The position numbers and the translations under genes were made by a program. The notes below the pieces were generated by a model, which was not told the origin of the DNA, did not search any database, and saw nothing but the letters and a program-made list of their open reading frames with translations. From positions 620,001-684,000 of the forward strand of contig JBODTK010000011.1 in assembly GCA_050613775.1 (NCBI GenBank): a DNA stretch of 64,000 bases. Reading direction: 5' to 3'. Positions 62,601-64,000 of the stretch are shown piece by piece. Within the stretch, counting starts at the first letter, position 1. Every line of letters begins with the position of its first letter. This stretch comes from Neocallimastix sp. 'constans' (taxonomy: Eukaryota).

Positions 62601-63362
62601 GTAGATTATTTCACTTTATGGACTGAAGCAGAAGCTTATCCTTCTGTTACTTCGCAAGATGTGGTTGATTTCTTAGTGAATGTGTTTAGTAGGCATGGAC
62701 TACCCCAAATAATTAATATGGATAATGGACCACAATTGAACAGTGATTATACAAAAATTTTCTTAGATTTATATGGAGTTTACATTCATTTTGTTGCCAA
62801 TTATCATCCACCTTCTAATGGTTTAGTGGAAAATAGAAACCGAGAAATAGGAAAACAATTAAGGAATTTTGCTGGTAAGAACGACGAATGGGATACTCTG
62901 TTACCGTTGGCTTTATGGGCTATTAGGACGGCAAAATCCTCTGTTAGTGGATACTCTAGTTTTGAACTTTTATATGGAAGAGAAGATTTACTTCCTACTG
63001 AAATTACCTTATTGAATTCTTTGGAGGAACCTGTTGAATGCTCAATTGACGAAGTATTAATAGAAAGAATTTTGGAACATACTAAATGGGTAAAGGATGC
63101 TGCAAACAAAAAATTAGGTACAATTAATTATTGGAAGACTAGAAGAAAAGCGAAAAGAAGTATGGAAAAACTTCCTGAGTATAAAGTTGGTGATAAGGTA
63201 AAGATTAAATTATTTCAAAGACAAAAATTGGACCCATACTACATTGGCCCTTATACGATAAAGGAAATAACTTGGAATACGGTGAAACTACAAGAAGATA
63301 GGTCAGGAGTAATATTAAAAAGAAATATCCATATTAAAAATATTCTACCTTATAGAGAATAA
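59176..63362 (+). pseudogene. pol: Pol (protease, RT, RNase H, integrase) disrupted by two in-frame stops and one frameshift
   Basis: LIDGGS protease; WRLCIDYR, MPFGLTNAP, YLDD RT; TDAS, ELEG, TDHQPL RNase H; HHCC and DD35E integrase. TAA at 60607 and 60664, frameshift near 61710. Confidence 0.93.
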
Positions 63363-63955
63363 GTAAAAATCAATTATAAATACAAAAATATAATAAATAA
63401 TAATAAATTTCAAAATTTTGAATTTAAATTTCAGCATTTCATTTTAATATTTACAGTTAAAATATTATTCATATTTATGCTAATATGACATTTAACTTAT
63501 ATATATTTCATAATTAATTTTATTTTTAAATTTTCGTAATTGAAATTTCAAAATTTCAAAATAAATTTCTAAAATTACATTTCCAATTTAAATTTCAAAA
63601 TTAATTATTAATAATTATATATATTATTCAATTATTATTATATCAAAATTATATATAATTATTTTAAAAAAAAAAAAAAAAAATTTTTTTTATTAATGAA
63701 AAATTTTCAAAAATTGAGTTAAAAATTTTATAAAATTTTCAAATAATACAATTAATCTTCATTAATACATATTTTAATAATTATTCACAAAAATATAAAA
63801 TTTCTTTCAATTTTATATTTTTCTTTATTTGAACTATGATCATTTCAATTTATTATTGAATTTGTAACTAATTTACAGATTCAATTGAGAATTGTTCTCG
63901 TATAGAGATAAATTTCAATTTCACTAGTAATCAGCTATTTTAGCGAGGGCATTTC

Positions 63956-64000
63956 TGATATAAAACAAATATGTGTAGCAACATATTTGTATATTTAATA
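63956..64000 (+). repeat. Start of 3' LTR
   Basis: TGATATAAAACAAATATGTGTAGCAACATATTTG matches the 5' LTR start. Confidence 0.9.

Larger units (their letters stand above)
56933..64000 (+). mobile_element. Near full-length Ty3/Gypsy LTR retrotransposon (3' LTR cut by the window edge)
   Basis: 5' LTR 56933-57364, PBS, gag, PR-RT-RH-IN order, 3' LTR from 63956. Confidence 0.95.

Overview
Extremely AT-rich, intron-containing eukaryotic DNA; gene content and composition suggest an anaerobic gut fungus (Neocallimastigomycota, inferred). Four host genes: a secreted M13 (neprilysin-like) metallopeptidase (-), a CBM1-linker-PL3 pectate lyase (-), a large beta-helix/EGF/7TM GPCR-like gene (+), and a small plant-RLP-like LRR receptor in which each LRR is one 72-nt phase-2 exon (-). 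The rest is mostly mobile DNA: several co-oriented LINE relics (all -), two tRNA-related SINE-like elements sharing a CpG-rich motif with LINE-associated relics, a Copia RNase H relic, a MULE transposon, and a Ty3/Gypsy complex. That complex has a near-complete + element with a tRNA-Ala PBS and an A AAA AAC/pseudoknot -1 frameshift signal, a truncated - element, an end-to-end stack of dissimilar LTR-like units separated by 3-4 nt, and an orphan ~350-aa helical ORF. All calls come from manual reading; no database searches were run.
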